Translations under genes and position numbers: made by a program | From: Klebsormidium nitens | Lineage: Eukaryota > Plantae > Klebsormidiophyceae | Reading direction: 5' to 3' | NCBI GenBank assembly: GCA_000708835.1 | Contig: DF237017.1 | Location: forward strand, 1 to 33,709 | DNA: 33,709 bases | Part shown: positions 29,502 to 33,709 of the stretch, in pieces | Layout: every line of letters begins with the position of its first letter | Position numbering within the stretch: the first letter of the stretch is position 1 | Notes under the pieces: model-generated | What the model saw: only the letters and a program-made list of their open reading frames with translations | Database searches by the model: none | Told to the model about the DNA's origin: nothing

Positions 29502-32500
29502 TCATCGGATCGTCGCATACATATTAAACTCTTCGCTTGTGAAGCGCATCGGGTGTCCCATAGCTCGTACTACATCTCTGCGCATAAAGAGCAGGAACGT
29601 CAGAACAGGGAATGTGTGCGGACCACTCCCGAACGCTGCAGGTAGTCACGGTGCAAAACGGGCTTGTGTAGTCAGGAGTCAGATACAGGGACATCACTAC
29701 GGTATGATGAACGATGACTTGCAGGGCTGATCTAAAGAAGCTCGTTTTCAAAAGTGTGCCGAACGCTAACTGGACGCCTGAAAACCACAATTCACACTTG
29801 AGCTGCCACACCTTACATGAAACCCCAAGTACAAGCGACTAATCCCATGTGCTGCGATTGGGGACAGCTGCCAGCAACCTGCAAGCGGCCACTCAAATCC
29901 TCCGCAGTAGGAGGAGAGAGACTCACGTGCGTGGTCCGTAGATCTTGACTTGCCGCATGTGGGTATCCCGCCCGTTCTGGTGGCTGGCAAGCACGGCCAC
30001 TTGGACCAAGTACGCGCGCAGAAAAACGGAACTGCAGGCAGCGCACATTAGAAAGGGGTCTCAGCAAGCGTTTTGCCAATAACGAGCGTATGGGTTTGGT
30101 TGGACGATTGCGACGTAATCGCCGCGGATCGGAACGGATGCGGGGGGACCGTTCGACGTTAAAGAGGGGCAACGGTCCATGTCGAGGGTCGACGAAGAGA
30201 AAGATCAGCTGAGCCGGCTATGCTTGGCGGCTCGTACAAAGGCAATGCGACTGAGCGGGTAGATACCCCAAGACTCTCGCAAATGTGGGGCGAAAAGAAA
30301 TGCAGTCATTCTGGCTACAAGACACTATGAGACGCTGTGCTATGGTTCAACCAAGACTCTCGGGACCGCAAACGTCAGCGTACTTGTGGTTGCGGACGGT
30401 ATGACTTACCTCGAGTCGTTTGGTCTTAGCGAGATGTAGATCCATCCAACGGGCTCTTCTAGGTCGACTTGCCGTATTTCCTGTGGAGAAGGCGCGAAGG
30501 GTTCGCTGCCAGCACGAGGAGGTGCACAGCTTTGAATGGAAAAAAGCGGCGGGTTATGATTGCAGTTTCGTTCAATCAAAATGTCCGTCTCTACTCGACC
30601 ACCGGCGCATCACAATCATGCAGTGTGGGAACTCACGTCCTAAGTCCTACGATGTTCGACAACAAGCGAGTCGCAAACTTGGTTGCTCCGCTGCAAATCT
30701 GTTCAATAATCTCAATCTCTACTCGACCACCAGCACACAAAGAGAGTGCACCATGCAAACTTATTCTCAAAACAAGGAGTTAAGGGAGATCAGCCACAAA
30801 GCGAGTTCCGAAGTTTTTATCTGCTCTACAATCCGTATACTCGTTCCTGCCTGAGCTCTACCACCAGCACCTGAAACGCATGCCGTGCAGAACAGACCTC
30901 GACCGTTTGTAACGATTCGACTGAACAAAGGCGGTCAGAAACAGAGGGAAGACGAACTTTCCTGACACTGGATTGAAAGGTGCACAGACGTCATACAGAG
31001 GGGGGGCCGTCGTTATCGAGTTCCCGAATGGTTGTTCAGCGCGAACTTTCGGTAACAAGAGGTTAATAAACACGTAGCGGCACTTCAGCACTGAGTCAGC
31101 GGTAAGAGCGGGAAGAATTTCTCAGGAAGCTTTCGTGTTTGGAAAGAACCAAACCTTTCCAGAAGCTGGAGAAAAGAGACCCTCACCCGCAGATCGTGGA
31201 AGCTATTTCCCAACCGGACCGAAATTTTGCTCGGTGTGTAGCTCTCGTCCAGCTTGAAGTCGATGTAGATGGCGATTTGCTGCAAGGAACATTTAATCAT
31301 CATCAGAGTCGTACTCCTTGCATTGCTTTTGAGTTTATCTGTGAAGGGATTCAGATAATGCACAGAGCCGAGAAAGGTCAGTCAGACTCAGGCGAAAGGC
31401 TCTGCTTTTCACTTACAAAACGACGTGCGCCTCAGAGAGACTGCCCCCCCTCGTGCTTTAGTCCCGTTTTTGGCTCGGAACAACACTCGTTCTGAAAAGA
31501 CGGATTCCATTTGACCAGCAGACTTGTACCGGGGCCGGGCAAGGGAACAAGACAAGCGCTGTTTCCTTGTACGAGGAAGTCTTTTCAACCACCAAAGAAC
31601 AAGACCCCCAAAAACAAGGCCTGCGTTCAACGCAACTGGCTTGAGGCAAGATAAAGTAGAACAACGCCTTACCTGTAGCTTCACTTTTTTCTGGAACTGA
31701 ATATTTACAAGATGGGGTTGCGCCCCGTCTGATCTGCAGGAAGAGGGGGTGCATTCCTTTTCAAACGAAAAAACGTATCGAACTGGGGTAGATATTAGCC
31801 TTTCTTGCAAAACAAGCAAGGAAACAGTCTCACTTGCATACAAACCGTTTTTCTATTCAAGCATTTACGCAGCCGTCCCATATGGAAAAAGAAGACGTTT
31901 CAACACTAAACCGAAGATGCTGTGTCAAGCGTTCGATTTTGAAATTCATCTTGACACCATGTCAGAATCATTCACAGTCTCGCTGACTCTTTTTCAGTTT
32001 TGCCAGGCGGTCAGAAAGTAGACAAATCTATATACCCAAACAGGCAATCAGAATAAGTAAACAGATTCTCAACAGCAGCAAGCCAGTTCTAAGATTCTAT
32101 GCCTGGAACCTTTTGCGTTCAAAGGGGTGTGGAGGCACCAACTCAGCAAGAAGAAGTCAGATCAAAAAGAGGAATTCAACTCAATCTGTTTCCTGGAAAC
32201 GGGTTCAACTTTTCAAAGGGTCTAGTCACCTACTGCCAGTATGTTTCAAGGTTGTCGTCCCTCATGAGCTCAACCCCATTCCCCGGCTTTGCGCTTGTCA
32301 CAGTCCACACCGCCAGCTTGCCAATCTCCCGCTTCTCTTCCTCATCCTCCCCCTCCTCGTAAGTTGCCGCCTCCGCTTCTGATGATACAAAATCAGTACA
32401 AAAGGGTAATTGAAAGGAATGTAAGGGCACAAAATCCGTCACATGGTTGCAGGCGAAGAGGGCTCAGGAGCGGACGGGAGGGTCCTCAATTCTCCTTGGT

Positions 32501-32937
32501 TGCTGGATCACTTTGTGAACATATGTCTGAGGGATTGCAATGCATGAAGAATCATCTGGACAATTGGGAGAACGATTGGAAGCATCAGCAATCTCTGCGA
32601 GTTTCTGCGACAGATTGGGCTTATTCTGGGGGTCATAATACGTGTATAACACCTTGGAATATGCTTTACTTTTGGAGGCAGGCAGCTCTAAAAGTACCAT
32701 TAAAAAGCATGAGGAACAGAGCATACACTTATTTGTCCTTTTGGACTGCGTCATTCAAACACTTTGACCACCAGGTGCACCTGCAATGCAATGCCTGCAG
32801 CACTTGTGCAGGACTTGTGCAAACTCGTGTTTTATATCTGATTCTCCACATCAAAAATCACCCACAATGAGGCAAATATGACTTGGTGTTTGATCAATCC
32901 TAAAAAATGCATTAAATTCATTGGACTTACCGGCCAT
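29502..32937 (-). CDS. APC10: Anaphase-promoting complex subunit 10 (DOC1); 185 aa, 7 coding exons
   Basis: Exons 32937-32931 (ATGGCCG, in-frame TGA just upstream), 32378-32234, 31733-31673, 31279-31187, 30480-30410, 30031-29927, 29577-29502. Motifs: [75 protein letters not shown], and the C-terminal IR tail (YATIR*). Confidence 0.95.
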
Positions 32938-33573
32938 TCTTCAACCACCTCTGCCGTGGAGGCAGCCCCAATTGCTAAGAGTTTTTGGGCTGTAGTTTGA
33001 GTTTTTCTGGCTGATCTTTGCGGTGGTGCTCAAGCACGTGCAGGATCAGAGGCTGCTCCCATAAGGTGTCTCAACAAAGGTGGCACAGGGCCGCCGCTTG
33101 GATTCACATATGAACTCTGCACACTATTAAAGTACGATGACTGCCCCAGAAAGTGCACCCAAAAAAGTGCACCTCCTTGACGCACAGAATGTTTTGCAAA
33201 CTCAAGGACTGAAGTTGAAGTCCATGAGCACGGATTCGTGCAGCCCAACCCGGTGTTTGCCTGATGGGTGGCACTTGAAATACGATCCAACCAGACTCCC
33301 TGAGCTTTTAAAAAGAAAGTTGAGCGCAACAGCAGTTTGTACCGCCTTCTTCCAAAAGTGCAAGCAAGGAAACCTTTTGCCAGACTCTCTCAATCTTGCG
33401 AGGGCAGCGCGCCGCGACTGACAATGCGCAAAATAGGCGAAGAAACACCATGGCCGAACGGTGCTAACATGGGTAGATTTGATGACGTGTCAAGCTTGTA
33501 TGAGTAGCGCCGGTGGCGGCGAAACTCTGGTGGCGTCGGTGGCGTCGGGGCGTCGCCCCAACTGGATAACCGG

Positions 33574-33600
33574 AACCCTAGAATTTGAAAGTTAGGGTTT
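33574..33600 (-). promoter_or_regulatory. Telo-box (AAACCCTAA) plus an inverted partial copy upstream of APC10
   Basis: ttagggttt at 33592-33600 and aacccta at 33574-33580. Telo-boxes are established in plant cell-cycle and translation gene promoters. Confidence 0.4.
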
Positions 33601-33709
33601 GCAGGCTTGGTCAGCAGCAGAAGGATGTCAAAATCAGAGCTGAGCATCACGAGTGCTCTGAAAGCCAGATGAACTCAACCCACAAGGTTCCTTGCACATC
33701 TTGTTCTCC

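Noticed and set aside
32289-32870. 193-aa plus-strand ORF
   Set aside because: Antisense to APC10 exon 2 and intron 1, with no homology signal.

Overview
Intron-rich eukaryotic genomic DNA from a green-plant-lineage organism. The gene set and long introns suggest a streptophyte alga such as Klebsormidium (inference only). Four complete spliced genes can be assembled by hand with consistent reading frames: (1) a plant-type polyphenol oxidase/tyrosinase with an apparent secretory signal peptide (+, 2653-11460, 9 exons, ~610 aa, one GC-AG intron); (2) an aldo-keto reductase (-, 19344-13504, 7 exons, 290 aa); (3) a plastid-targeted C2-domain class-3 lipase of the HIL1/At4g13550 type (+, 20225-28374, 11 exons, ~994 aa); (4) APC10 (-, 32937-29502, 7 coding exons, 185 aa). 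Two unexplained architectures stand out. (a) Splice-junction 'echoes': introns of three genes contain serial, usually progressively decaying copies of their own exon/intron boundaries, forming decoy acceptors upstream and decoy donors downstream of the real exons. (b) A conserved ~85-100 bp G-rich, telomere-like motif occurs three times, each time as the loop of a hairpin whose arms are different, locus-specific sequences. Most ORFs in the supplied track are spurious or are exon fragments.
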